From Omnitrophica WOR_2 bacterium RIFCSPHIGHO2_02_FULL_45_21 (GTDB lineage: Bacteria; Omnitrophota; Gorgyraeia; Gygaellales; UBA12090), in NCBI GenBank assembly GCA_001805575.1, contig MHGN01000063.1, forward strand, positions 1-50,240: DNA of 50,240 nt. Direction: 5' to 3'. The stretch's first letter is position 1. Every line of letters begins with the position of its first letter. Shown here piece after piece: positions 38,920 through 47,798 of this stretch. A program made the position numbers and the translations under genes. Below the pieces are notes generated by a model, which did not search any database, had not been told where the DNA came from, and saw only the letters and a program-made list of their open reading frames with translations.

Positions 38920-40521
38920 TTAGGATACTTTACCTAAAAATACCTGCCCTAATTCCTGCCCGCTGCTCATTGATTCTAAGACAACCAAAATATCCCTTAA
39001 CGTATCCTCAGTGTGGTCGCTGCGCTCTTCTTCTTGTCTTAGGATATCTGATATGCAAAGGAGAATTTTATTTCTGTCTTGAGTTATATTATCTTGAGCG
39101 CAGGATGTTTGGATATATTCCTTAATTCTTTCTGAAGAAGGAGTTATTCCTGAACTTACCATTCTACCTATCTCTTGCCACTCCCCAGCAAGGTTAACTT
39201 GCAGCAGGGACAGTCCCCGCAGCGGACTGTCCCTAAACATTCCGCTTAAATTTGTTACCGCCTGGGCGACTATAGGGAGAGAGCGGAAGTCAATACCGCC
39301 TAAGCTTCTAACCGCTTCTTCCTGTTTGCTGCTTTCAGTTTTAGCCGGCGAATTGGTAAGAGGGCTACTCGCAGCGTTATTCCACTCCACAGTTGTTCCA
39401 TTCAGAGAATTCAGGTCTTCAACAAAAAGCGAAAACTCGTTGTTCCCATTTCTGGATATTTTAATAATAAAATGTTTTCCTGATAAGAGTTCATCCGATA
39501 GTCTATAATTGCCAGTCTCTCGTCCTATCTGCATTGGCTGATCTAACTGCATATTGTAGGCGTCGCCGACAGGATAGCTTTTATCGTCTTTATAACGCTG
39601 GAAATTGATACTATTTCTTGTCACAGAAATTTTATAAGCAAATGATCCGGCTATAATCCAAACATCTCCCGTAAAGAGGGTTTCTAAAATGGTGGCGCCT
39701 GGCTTACCGAGCCTAATCTCTGACTCCCCTTTTCCTTCTCTCCGCATACCATCTTCTAAAGCAGATTTTTCTTTTTTTACTCCTTTCTGCCCCGTTTCTT
39801 CTGTTTCGAGTTTCTTATCGACTAACTCTAAATTAGACGAAGCATCGGTAACCTCAATAAAATCGACTCGTCCATTTTGAACAACTGCGTATCCGGCACG
39901 GTCGTGCCCGGCAAAGACGATATGATGATTAGGCAGAGGCTGCCAATGCCAATTTCTATCTCTTCTTGGCGAATGTCCAACAATAAGCTGAGCTCGAGGC
40001 TGACCCATATTATTAAGAAATTCCTGGACATCTCTATCATCGTAACTGTCTTGATACCTTCCCCATTCTGCCTGCTCAACAATCGGATTACCTTCATTTC
40101 CAACATCTACATTTTGTATTTCAGCAAAATTCGCATTTGTGATAGGACCCCCGTGTACCGCAATAAAACCATTACCCATTACCATTAAAGGACTCGCTTT
40201 AATAAAATTTTCATAAGCGGTAATATAATCTTCACCATATAGCTCTTGAAGTTTTTCACTATACAATATTCCTTGCCAGACGCGATCCTGACCCTTTCCC
40301 TTAGAGAATAAATCAGAAAGATAATCATGGTTTCCGAGCACGTAATAAACGTTATCGGGATGCTGAATTTTTAAATCCATAATAAACTGCATAATTTCAA
40401 CTGATGAATCCATCTCTGTTAAATTAACTTCACTATGTACCGCATCGCCTAAGATAACTAAAACTGCCTCGCCTTTTTGAATCTTGCTTAAGTTATTATT
40501 CTTATTAAGTATCTCGCGGCC
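38920..40521 (-). pseudogene. 5'-truncated C-terminal part of a large modular protein: metallophosphoesterase + FHA + GGIDF-type C-terminus
   Basis: Frame extends upstream of 40413 through VILGDAVH to an in-frame TGA with no start; has GNHD, VHGG and VGHS but lacks motif I; FHA GR...S.KH...DLNSLNGT; ASSP and GGIDFR. Confidence 0.7.
39206..39234. repeat. In-frame perfect palindrome AGGGACAGTCC-N7-GGACTGTCCCT
   Basis: 11-bp arms read directly; encodes RDSPLRGLSL. Confidence 0.7.
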
Positions 40522-40657
40522 TCAAAAATGCGTGGTAAATTTAGATACAATTACCACTATCAGAAAATCAATTCTTAGCAAAAGAATCTGTTCGCTAAAG
40601 CAAGAGAAAATAGAACAGATTGATAAGGCACTAAAATTTGCTCTATCACTAGATTAA
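40520..40657 (+). pseudogene. C-terminal fragment of a PemK/MazF family toxin
   Basis: Hand translation PQKCVVNLDTITTIRKSILSKRICSLKQEKIEQIDKALKFALSLD*; no N-terminal half or start. Confidence 0.7.
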
Positions 40658-40775
40658 TTTTCCCTCTCGGTTTATCAATCGGGCGAGGACGCATCAAAAA
40701 TCACCTCCTCTGCAAACACCGCAAAGTGCCAGCATATATGATAAGGATTGAATGCGTCAACACGCAATGTAGGGC

Positions 40776-41453
40776 TTAAGAAAGAGTTTTCTGCCTGCTA
40801 AATAAAACTATTAAAACAGTGAATGATAGGATCATTAAAACTAACTCAATTGGCTCTCTGAGGAACCCAGCCCGGCCGAATAATTGGACATCTTCCCAGG
40901 CCTCTATCGCTAATATTCCGATAATAGTCAATATGAGAGAAACGGATTCCTTCTTTACCCAGGATAATTTCAGGCACAGGCGCCCTGGTAAACTCAACAA
41001 ACCCTTAAGGCGGGGAAAACATCTCGGCGTGCTTTGAGAATATGCCGCGTATTCTTCCTTAAACCTCTTTAATAACAAGGCCTCTTCTTTTTTAATCTGC
41101 GGTATGTAAATCAAGAGGAAGATAATAATAAACGGAAAAATTACCCATAACTGCAGGAGGGTGAAGATAACCCCTATCCCGATTAATAATGTCCCGAAAT
41201 ACATCGGATTTCTCACGGCAGTATAAGGGCCGTGCGTAACCAGATTCCTGCCTTGAGAGGACTGCTCTTCTTTGTATCCTCTCGCTGAAATACGAAATAA
41301 AAACCCGCATAAGACCAAAGCTATTCCCAGGCAATCGAATAATTTATCAAGTGACTTTCCCTGCCATTGGGCTAAAAGTATTTTATAGAAAAAAATGACC
41401 AGGAGAAACGAAACGAAGATTAATAACCCCTGGATTCTGATGCGTTTTTTCAT
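40776..41453 (-). CDS. Isoprenylcysteine carboxyl methyltransferase/PEMT family membrane protein
   Basis: LVTHGPYTAVRNPMYFG, EEALL..RF.EEY..Y....PR.FP. Confidence 0.85.
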   Translation of the reverse strand: MKKRIRIQGLLIFVSFLLVIFFYKILLAQWQGKSLDKLFDCLGIALVLCGFLFRISARGYKEEQSSQGRNLVTHGPYTAVRNPMYFGTLLIGIGVIFTLLQLWVIFPFIIIFLLIYIPQIKKEEALLLKRFKEEYAAYSQSTPRCFPRLKGLLSLPGRLCLKLSWVKKESVSLILTIIGILAIEAWEDVQLFGRAGFLREPIELVLMILSFTVLIVLFSRQKTLS

Positions 41454-41456
41454 TTT

Positions 41457-42524
41457 TCAAGTTTGCGGCTGATAAATGCAATACGGCTCTTCTTCCTGAA
41501 AATCTCCGCTGCGCCAATAGGCGCGGGCGCGGCAGCCGCCGCAGACCAGCTTAAACTCACAGGCACCACATCTTCCTTTTAATTTTGCGCTATCCCTTAA
41601 GTCCTGAAAAAGTTTGCTCTCAAACCAGACGCTTTTAAAATCCTCTTTTCTTAAATCCCCGGCCTTAACCGGCAGGTAGCCGCATCCGAATACCTCTCCT
41701 TTATAAGAAACAAAACAAACCCCCTGCCCGGCCAGGCAACCCTTGGTGATGGCGCTAAAATTATCGCTCGCGCAAGGCAATTTCTTTTTCTCTTTTGCCA
41801 AACGTTGGCGCAAGACCCGGTAATAGTGCGGGGCGCAGGTCGCCTTTACCCGTATGGTGGAATGGGACTGAAAATCATACAGGCGGTTGAATGCCTCTTC
41901 GTATTCCTGCGCTGAAATCTCATCCCCTTCCAATGATTTTCCTCTGCCTACCGGAACCAGAAAAAATACATGATAGGAAACTGCGCCCTGTTTAAGCGCA
42001 AAGTTACCCATTGCCTCCAATTCAGCTAAATTCTTTTTGGTTATCGTAGTGTTTATTTGCAGAGGTATTCCTGCCTTTTTAAGATTATTGATTCCGGCTA
42101 AGCTCTTTTCAAATGCTCCCGGCGCTCCGCAAAAATTATCATGGCTTTTAGCATTTGAACCATAAATAGACACCGCAACTAATGCGGTTTTATTCTCCTT
42201 TAAGCGCATCGCGCTATCTAAGCTTACCAGCGAGCCATTAGTGGCCAGGGTGCTCTTTAGGCCTAATTGGCTGGCATAGTGGATAAGTTCGTAGATATCT
42301 TCGCGTAATAATGCCTCTCCGCCTGAAAATACAACGATCGGTTTTGAAAAAGATGCGGCTGTCTTTAGAAATCTTTTGGCTTCTTGGGTAGTTAGTTCTT
42401 CCGGCGAGCGCTTCTTCTCTGCCTTGGCCCGGCAGTGCGGGCATTCTAAGTTACAGGCGCGCGTGGCCTCCCAGAATATCAAACGAAGACTTGAGCTCAT
42501 TGTATATTTTGCCGGATGCGTCAA
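41457..42524 (-). CDS. ahbD: Radical SAM/SPASM heme b synthase
   Basis: LRLIFWEATRACNLECPHCRA, FFLVPVGRG, ATCAPHYYR, GCLAG, CGACEF..VCGGCRARAY. Confidence 0.85.
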   Translation of the reverse strand: MTHPAKYTMSSSLRLIFWEATRACNLECPHCRAKAEKKRSPEELTTQEAKRFLKTAASFSKPIVVFSGGEALLREDIYELIHYASQLGLKSTLATNGSLVSLDSAMRLKENKTALVAVSIYGSNAKSHDNFCGAPGAFEKSLAGINNLKKAGIPLQINTTITKKNLAELEAMGNFALKQGAVSYHVFFLVPVGRGKSLEGDEISAQEYEEAFNRLYDFQSHSTIRVKATCAPHYYRVLRQRLAKEKKKLPCASDNFSAITKGCLAGQGVCFVSYKGEVFGCGYLPVKAGDLRKEDFKSVWFESKLFQDLRDSAKLKGRCGACEFKLVCGGCRARAYWRSGDFQEEEPYCIYQPQT

Positions 42525-43462
42525 GAAATCAGGAACGCTAAACCTAAAAGAATTCCAAAGGTGAGGGTTAAGGCAATGCTCAAGGCATTTGCCGGAAGGA
42601 GCTTCTCTACTTCATTGTAATTCTTTAAAGCAATCCTGCAGGCCCTGAAGGCTAAGATAAGGGTAAAAAATACAATTGCTGCGGATTTCGGCAGGATATT
42701 TTTTGTGAGCAGAATAAAAGTAAAAAGATAAATCAGCGCGAGCAGGGCCGCATAGGTATAACTTGCTCTTTTCTTTCCCAGGCGCACCACCCAGTTGGTT
42801 TTGCCGGTAACCTTGTCTGCCTCGTAGTCGGGAATTTCATTGAGCCACAAAACGCTTCCGGCCAAAAGCCCCATCAGGCAGCCAATAAGAATAATTTCCA
42901 AATCCACGCTCTGCGCCTGGACATAATAGACGCCGCTTAACATTATCGGCCCAAAGGCAATGGCTACGGATAATTCTCCCAACCCCTTTTTAGAAAGATT
43001 GATTTTAGGATGGATATAGCCTACCGCCAGAAAAACCCCGCTTACTCCCAGCGCTAATACCGGCAAGCCTCTCAAAAAAGCCAAATACACCCCGATCATT
43101 GAACCGATGGCAATAAATACAGTCCCTCCTAAAAGTAAGGATTTTGGGCTGAGGGCTCCCTCTTGAATCACCCGGGAACCTCCGCTAAAAGGGGTAGGGG
43201 TAAGATTTATATTATCCGTTCCGGAGAGATAATCAAAATAATCGTTGAGTGAGCTGGTGCCAAAATGGATAAGCACTAAACCCATTGCCGAAAGCAGCCA
43301 TAGGCCAAAGTCAAGCGCGCCTTTTCTTTGATAGACAATTGCCCCGCCTAAGAAAGAAACTGCCACGGTTAAGGCAATAAACGGCGGGCCTAAGACCCTC
43401 AACCAGGCCCTTACCCAGGCGGTAGGCGAGCGTGAAATAAGCTGACGGATTTTGACCGGCAT
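42521..43462 (-). CDS. menA: UbiA-family prenyltransferase, MenA-like
   Basis: NDYFDYLSGTD, TPFSGGSR, GLGE, NEIPDYEAD...GK. Confidence 0.8.
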   Translation of the reverse strand: MPVKIRQLISRSPTAWVRAWLRVLGPPFIALTVAVSFLGGAIVYQRKGALDFGLWLLSAMGLVLIHFGTSSLNDYFDYLSGTDNINLTPTPFSGGSRVIQEGALSPKSLLLGGTVFIAIGSMIGVYLAFLRGLPVLALGVSGVFLAVGYIHPKINLSKKGLGELSVAIAFGPIMLSGVYYVQAQSVDLEIILIGCLMGLLAGSVLWLNEIPDYEADKVTGKTNWVVRLGKKRASYTYAALLALIYLFTFILLTKNILPKSAAIVFFTLILAFRACRIALKNYNEVEKLLPANALSIALTLTFGILLGLAFLIS

Positions 43463-43535
43463 TCAAGTGTGCAGGTGAAAAATGTTACTCTAATTATTCT
43501 GTGTAACGTTTAATCTGAGCTTTTAAATGGAAATA

Positions 43536-43712
43536 TTAGAATAAAGTAGATACTATATAGCTGTCTTTTTTCTTCATTGCCGGAGACACACCCACTGCTG
43601 TTTTCAGGGTAAACTCCTCCATTGAGGCGGTCCTGGGGCAGAGATAATTCTTTAATCCCTTTTCCTTAAGGCCTCCTCTTGTTCCTGTAGGTTCAGATTT
43701 TCTTTTTGACAT
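43536..43712 (-). CDS. 58-aa peptide, candidate RiPP precursor
   Basis: Below the ORF-track cutoff; GAAAGGAG RBS 7 nt before ATG; MSKRKSEPTGTRGGLKEKGLKNYLCPRTASMEEFTLKTAVGVSPAMKKKDSYIVSTLF*; YxxP motif; directly after PqqD. Confidence 0.65.
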   Translation of the reverse strand: MSKRKSEPTGTRGGLKEKGLKNYLCPRTASMEEFTLKTAVGVSPAMKKKDSYIVSTLF

Positions 43713-43738
43713 TTTTCCGCTCCTTTCTTTAACTCCGT

Positions 43739-44113
43739 TTAGAATTTCACGATACCTTTCTTAAAAAAATACCCCACCTGTTTTTTTACATCATCTAAAA
43801 TTCTTGCGTAATTTTTCCGCTTAAATTCCTTAGCCAGTAATTGAGCGATACCGAGAAGAGAATTCCTGCCGTTACAGAGCAAGAATATCCTGGCTGCGCT
43901 GAAATTAAGAATTAAGGGAAGAGCGAAATCTTCTTTGGAAAGGATAACAATCTGCTCGCGCTCGCCATCCTTTCTCCAACTTAAGCCCCCCGCCTTCTTC
44001 GGCTTGCGGCTGCGGCTAGCGCCCCGCCTACGGCGGGGTGGCTTATGGCTGCGGCTAGCTGAAGCCGCACCATTGCCCTCTGGCTTATTGGCAGTGGATA
44101 TTCTCTGAAACAT
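43739..44113 (-). CDS. PqqD family / RiPP recognition element protein with repeat-derived N-terminal insert
   Basis: LNFSAARIFLLCNGRNSL..IA..L...F......I.DDV......F...GIV is the PqqD/RRE pattern. Confidence 0.8.
   Translation of the reverse strand: MFQRISTANKPEGNGAASASRSHKPPRRRRGASRSRKPKKAGGLSWRKDGEREQIVILSKEDFALPLILNFSAARIFLLCNGRNSLLGIAQLLAKEFKRKNYARILDDVKKQVGYFFKKGIVKF
44001..44087 (-). repeat. One full (42 bp) and one partial copy of the TAAGCC-bounded hairpin unit
   Basis: GGCAATGGTGCGGCTTCAGCTAGCCGCAGCCATAAGCC matches 18497-18534 at 36 of 38 positions. Confidence 0.85.
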
Positions 44114-45113
44114 AGGGCACCGTTTTATGCTTGATAAGGTCTGACATCATATTCAAGCTGTTAATAAACTCAATTACCTCAGGCCTATGCCAGCCCTCTC
44201 TTAAGAAATGATTCCAGATATACTCAAGTTTCTGGCTCTTTAAATCCCCATAGGTAAAGGGAAGCAGGAGGTCTAAACGACAGGCCCCCTGGGGCGTAAT
44301 AATACACCAGATATTTGGAGGAGCGCTCCTTGTTTTAACATATGTCTTTAAAGTTTCCTTTTCCCGGGAAGGGGCAATAATAGTCAATTTATCGGTGTAG
44401 ATTTTGGCTGCCTCATCTAACAAAGCATAAAATTCCACATACTCTTCTGGCCCCAGTTTAATCTGCTCAAAATTCTTCACTGCCCTTCCGGTCAAAACCA
44501 GCATATCGGTAACAAAATATTCTAAACCCATTTCCACGCATAATCCGATAACGCCTTTGACATCGCGGAAATTTATTCTCGTAGGGACAAAGGAAAGGTG
44601 GGTGCGGATGTTATTTTGTTTTAAATAGCGGATTGCGGCAACGGACTTCTCCCAGCTTCCGCTGAGCCCCCTTACTTTATCGTGGACGCCAGGGCTTGCT
44701 CCGTCAATACTAATCTGCACCCATTTGACTTTTAAATCCGCTAATTTCCCGGCGGCATTGCGGTCAATCTGCGTCCCATTGGTAATCAGCCCTACTTGAA
44801 TCTTTTTTTGGCGCAGCCGCTCAATAAGAACCGGCCAATCCTCTCGTAAAAGAGCTTCGCCTCCGGTAAGGTAAACCTCAAAGACCTTCATTTTGGCTAA
44901 TTGCTCAATAATATTCAGCGCTTCTTTGGTAGTTAATTCATTTTCGCTCTTCTGGTTGGAATTATAATAACAGTGGACGCAGGAAAGATTACAGCGATCA
45001 GTCAGCTCCCACAAAGTAAATACCGGCGCCTTAAAATACTTGGGCAATAAGCCGTCTTTGTAGAGGCGGTTTATCCTTCCTTGATACTGGGTTAAGAAAC
45101 TCGCTCTTTCCAT
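44085..45113 (-). CDS. Radical SAM enzyme, PqqE/MftC-like N-terminus, with degenerate SPASM/twitch region
   Basis: APVFTLWELTDRCNLSCVHCY, LTGGE, QISIDG; only two Cys in the C-terminal WCIITPQGACR segment. Confidence 0.8.
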   Translation of the reverse strand: MERASFLTQYQGRINRLYKDGLLPKYFKAPVFTLWELTDRCNLSCVHCYYNSNQKSENELTTKEALNIIEQLAKMKVFEVYLTGGEALLREDWPVLIERLRQKKIQVGLITNGTQIDRNAAGKLADLKVKWVQISIDGASPGVHDKVRGLSGSWEKSVAAIRYLKQNNIRTHLSFVPTRINFRDVKGVIGLCVEMGLEYFVTDMLVLTGRAVKNFEQIKLGPEEYVEFYALLDEAAKIYTDKLTIIAPSREKETLKTYVKTRSAPPNIWCIITPQGACRLDLLLPFTYGDLKSQKLEYIWNHFLREGWHRPEVIEFINSLNMMSDLIKHKTVPYVSENIHCQ

Positions 45114-46099
45114 ACGTTTGCCTCAGGCGTCAGGTCTACCAGGTCCAAAAGCGCCTTACGGTATTGTGAATCGGATAAGCTCTTTAGCCTGTCTCTTGCC
45201 GAGTTAAGATAAGATAGGGTGATTTTCTTAGTGCGGCTGATGGCATCAGAATTACTCAACTCTACTTTTATTTTTTTAAAGCAGCCATTGGTTTTTGACT
45301 TAAGTAAACTTTCTAAGCGATACCTCTTGTTTTTACTTGAAAACTTCAGCAAGTCTAACAGCGGCAAAGTCATCTCGCCCACCGCGATATCCTGGCCGGG
45401 CGACTTTCCCAATCTTGACTTTGGCGCGGCTATATCAAGGTAATCGTCAATAATCTGAAAGGCGACTCCAAAGTTTAAACCGTATGCCTTTAGCGCGTTT
45501 TGCAGAGGACGTGGAGAATCGGATAAAATTGCTCCTGCCTGGCAGGAGGCAGCAAAAAGGCTGGCGGTCTTTTTCTTCACAATCATAATATAGCGCTCTT
45601 TAAGCAGGGAAAAATTATCCCTCTCCACCACCTGGGTAAGCTCGCCTTCACACATACTTTTGGTGGCTGAGCTGATACAATCCAGGATATCCGTATTATT
45701 GCAGGTTGCGATTAACTTAAAAGCCAAGGAATAAAGATAATCCCCCAAAGCAATTGAAACATCTGCTCCCCAGCGGGAATTTACCGTGGGGTTATTATGG
45801 CGAAGGAGAGAATGGTCAATGACATCATCGTGAATGAGCGAGGCCATATGGATAAGTTCGATAGCGCAGGCAAGATTAATTAACTGCCGGCTGATAACTT
45901 CCGGGCTCCTGCCGACTGTGGCTTTGGCAGAAAGAATGAGCATTGCCGGCCTGAGCCTTTTGCCCGGGGACTTTAAGAGAAAACGATTGAGCTTAAGGAT
46001 GGACTCGTTTTTTGTTTCCTTAAGCGATACTTCCAGGACCTTTTCAACCTGGTCAAGCTCTCTTCTAATAGGTTTATAAATCTCTTTTAGCCGCATCAA
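45092..46099 (-). CDS. Long-chain polyprenyl diphosphate synthase
   Basis: GKRLRP, ASLIHDDVID (Ala five residues before FARM), KKTA, FQIIDDYLD, GK...D. Confidence 0.93.
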   Translation of the reverse strand: MMRLKEIYKPIRRELDQVEKVLEVSLKETKNESILKLNRFLLKSPGKRLRPAMLILSAKATVGRSPEVISRQLINLACAIELIHMASLIHDDVIDHSLLRHNNPTVNSRWGADVSIALGDYLYSLAFKLIATCNNTDILDCISSATKSMCEGELTQVVERDNFSLLKERYIMIVKKKTASLFAASCQAGAILSDSPRPLQNALKAYGLNFGVAFQIIDDYLDIAAPKSRLGKSPGQDIAVGEMTLPLLDLLKFSSKNKRYRLESLLKSKTNGCFKKIKVELSNSDAISRTKKITLSYLNSARDRLKSLSDSQYRKALLDLVDLTPEANVWKERVS

Positions 46100-47184
46100 A
46101 ATTTATCGTAGTAGATGTGTATGTCCTGGACGCCTTTTTTGGCCAAGACCTTAAGCGCCGCATCAATCATCGGGGGAGGGCCGCAGAGATAGGCCTCAGT
46201 ATCCCCGTTAGAATGCATATGCCGCTCAACTGCCTGGGTGACAAATCCGGTCTCACCACTCCATTTATCATCCGGCTTGGGCTCGGATAAAACCGGAAAA
46301 TAGCTAAATCTGCCGGAGGACTCTCCTTCCAGCGCCATTAATTCCTCGGTATAGAAAAGGTCTTTTTTGCTTCTTGCCCCAAAGAAGTAACTTGCCTTAC
46401 GCGGCATCCCTTTTTCTCTTAAGTGATAGAGTATGGAACGAATGGGCGCCATGCCGCATCCGCCGCCAATGCAGACTATCTCACGTTCTGAATCTTCTCT
46501 TAAATAAAAATCTCCGTAGGGCCCGGTTACGATTATTTCATCTTGAACATCTAGAACCTCATGAATATAGCTTGAGCATAGCCCGCCGGGAACAAGGCGC
46601 ACAATGAGCTCTAAAATATTCTTCTGCGAAGGAGGCGAGGCAATAGAATAAGCCCTGAACTCTTCAATCTCAGGAATCCTGAATTGGATATACTGGCCCG
46701 GCTTAAAATTAATTTCATTAGGCTCTGATAATTGCATTACCACATACTTGATGTCACTGGTAACATCGGTAATCCGCAATATCCTGGTTTTGTATTCCTT
46801 TGCCTGCAATAAATCCTCGGAAATCAAAACCTCAATATCATTTTTTACCTTGACCTGGCAGGCTAAGCGAATGCCCTTAAGCCTCTCTTCACGGTTGACG
46901 AAAACCTCTTCCGTAGGCAGGATGTGGCCAGCGCCGCTCAATACCTCCACCTTGCAATAGCCGCAGGTTGCCTTTCCGCCGCAGGCAGAAGGAATAAAAA
47001 TCTTGTTTTGAGCGAAATAGCTTAAGAGGCTGTCGCCCCCGTTTACCGCGATGATTTTTTCCTTATTAATGGTAATCTTACATTCGCCATAGGTAACTAA
47101 TAAGCGCTCGGCAATAATGAGCACGATAGCGATGACTAACAAAATTCCATTCATTAAAAACACGGGTAATATTGTATGCAACAT
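46096..47184 (-). CDS. nqrF: NqrF-like NADH-oxidising [2Fe-2S]/FAD subunit
   Basis: N-terminal TM; SACGGKATCGYC, RLACQ, RAYSIAS, GGGCGMAP, YLCGPPPM, YYDKF. Confidence 0.85.
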   Translation of the reverse strand: MLHTILPVFLMNGILLVIAIVLIIAERLLVTYGECKITINKEKIIAVNGGDSLLSYFAQNKIFIPSACGGKATCGYCKVEVLSGAGHILPTEEVFVNREERLKGIRLACQVKVKNDIEVLISEDLLQAKEYKTRILRITDVTSDIKYVVMQLSEPNEINFKPGQYIQFRIPEIEEFRAYSIASPPSQKNILELIVRLVPGGLCSSYIHEVLDVQDEIIVTGPYGDFYLREDSEREIVCIGGGCGMAPIRSILYHLREKGMPRKASYFFGARSKKDLFYTEELMALEGESSGRFSYFPVLSEPKPDDKWSGETGFVTQAVERHMHSNGDTEAYLCGPPPMIDAALKVLAKKGVQDIHIYYDKF

Positions 47185-47186
47185 AT

Positions 47187-47795
47187 TTACTGAAGGGTTA
47201 TAATCCCGGCAAAGCCCATAAAGGCAAGGGCCATTAAACCGGCAATAATCATCGTAATCCCGGGGCCGCGCAGGCCCGGCGGAATATCAGCGCTTAGCAT
47301 CATCTTTTCTTTTATTGCCGCCATAAGAATAATGGCCAATGCCCAGCCGACTGATGTGCCGAATGAATAAAGGACGGTCTGGATAAAATTGTAACTGCGC
47401 ACCACCATAAATAAGCAGACCGCCAGGACAATACAGTTAACCGTAATCAAGGGCAAGAAAATTCCAAAGGATGCCTGAAGCGGCGGGAAGAACTTCTCAA
47501 TGAGCATTTCCAGAAACTGGACCGTGGCCGCGATAACAATGATAAAAATAAGAAAGGATAAAATATCGGAATGCATTGGCACCAACAGCTTCCAGTATAT
47601 CGGCCAGTTAATGATCGCGGTTAAGGTTACCACAAAAACGATTGAAACACCCATACCGAGGGCGGTCTTGTAATTACGCGAGATAACGATAAACGGGCAC
47701 ATCCCCAGGATATAAACCAGGGCGATGTTATGGGTAAAGATTGAGGCGATTAAAATAGTCAGGGGGTTCATCAGATTCCATTCTACTGGATTCAT
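47187..47795 (-). CDS. nqrE: NqrE/RnfA family subunit
   Basis: LGMCPF, LPLITVNC, MALAFMGF. Confidence 0.85.
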   Translation of the reverse strand: MNPVEWNLMNPLTILIASIFTHNIALVYILGMCPFIVISRNYKTALGMGVSIVFVVTLTAIINWPIYWKLLVPMHSDILSFLIFIIVIAATVQFLEMLIEKFFPPLQASFGIFLPLITVNCIVLAVCLFMVVRSYNFIQTVLYSFGTSVGWALAIILMAAIKEKMMLSADIPPGLRGPGITMIIAGLMALAFMGFAGIITLQ

Positions 47796-47798
47796 CTT

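Noticed and set aside
44085-45113. AhbC completing the heme pathway
   Set aside because: Lacks the Cys-rich SPASM domain and is coupled to a PqqD gene; not fully excluded
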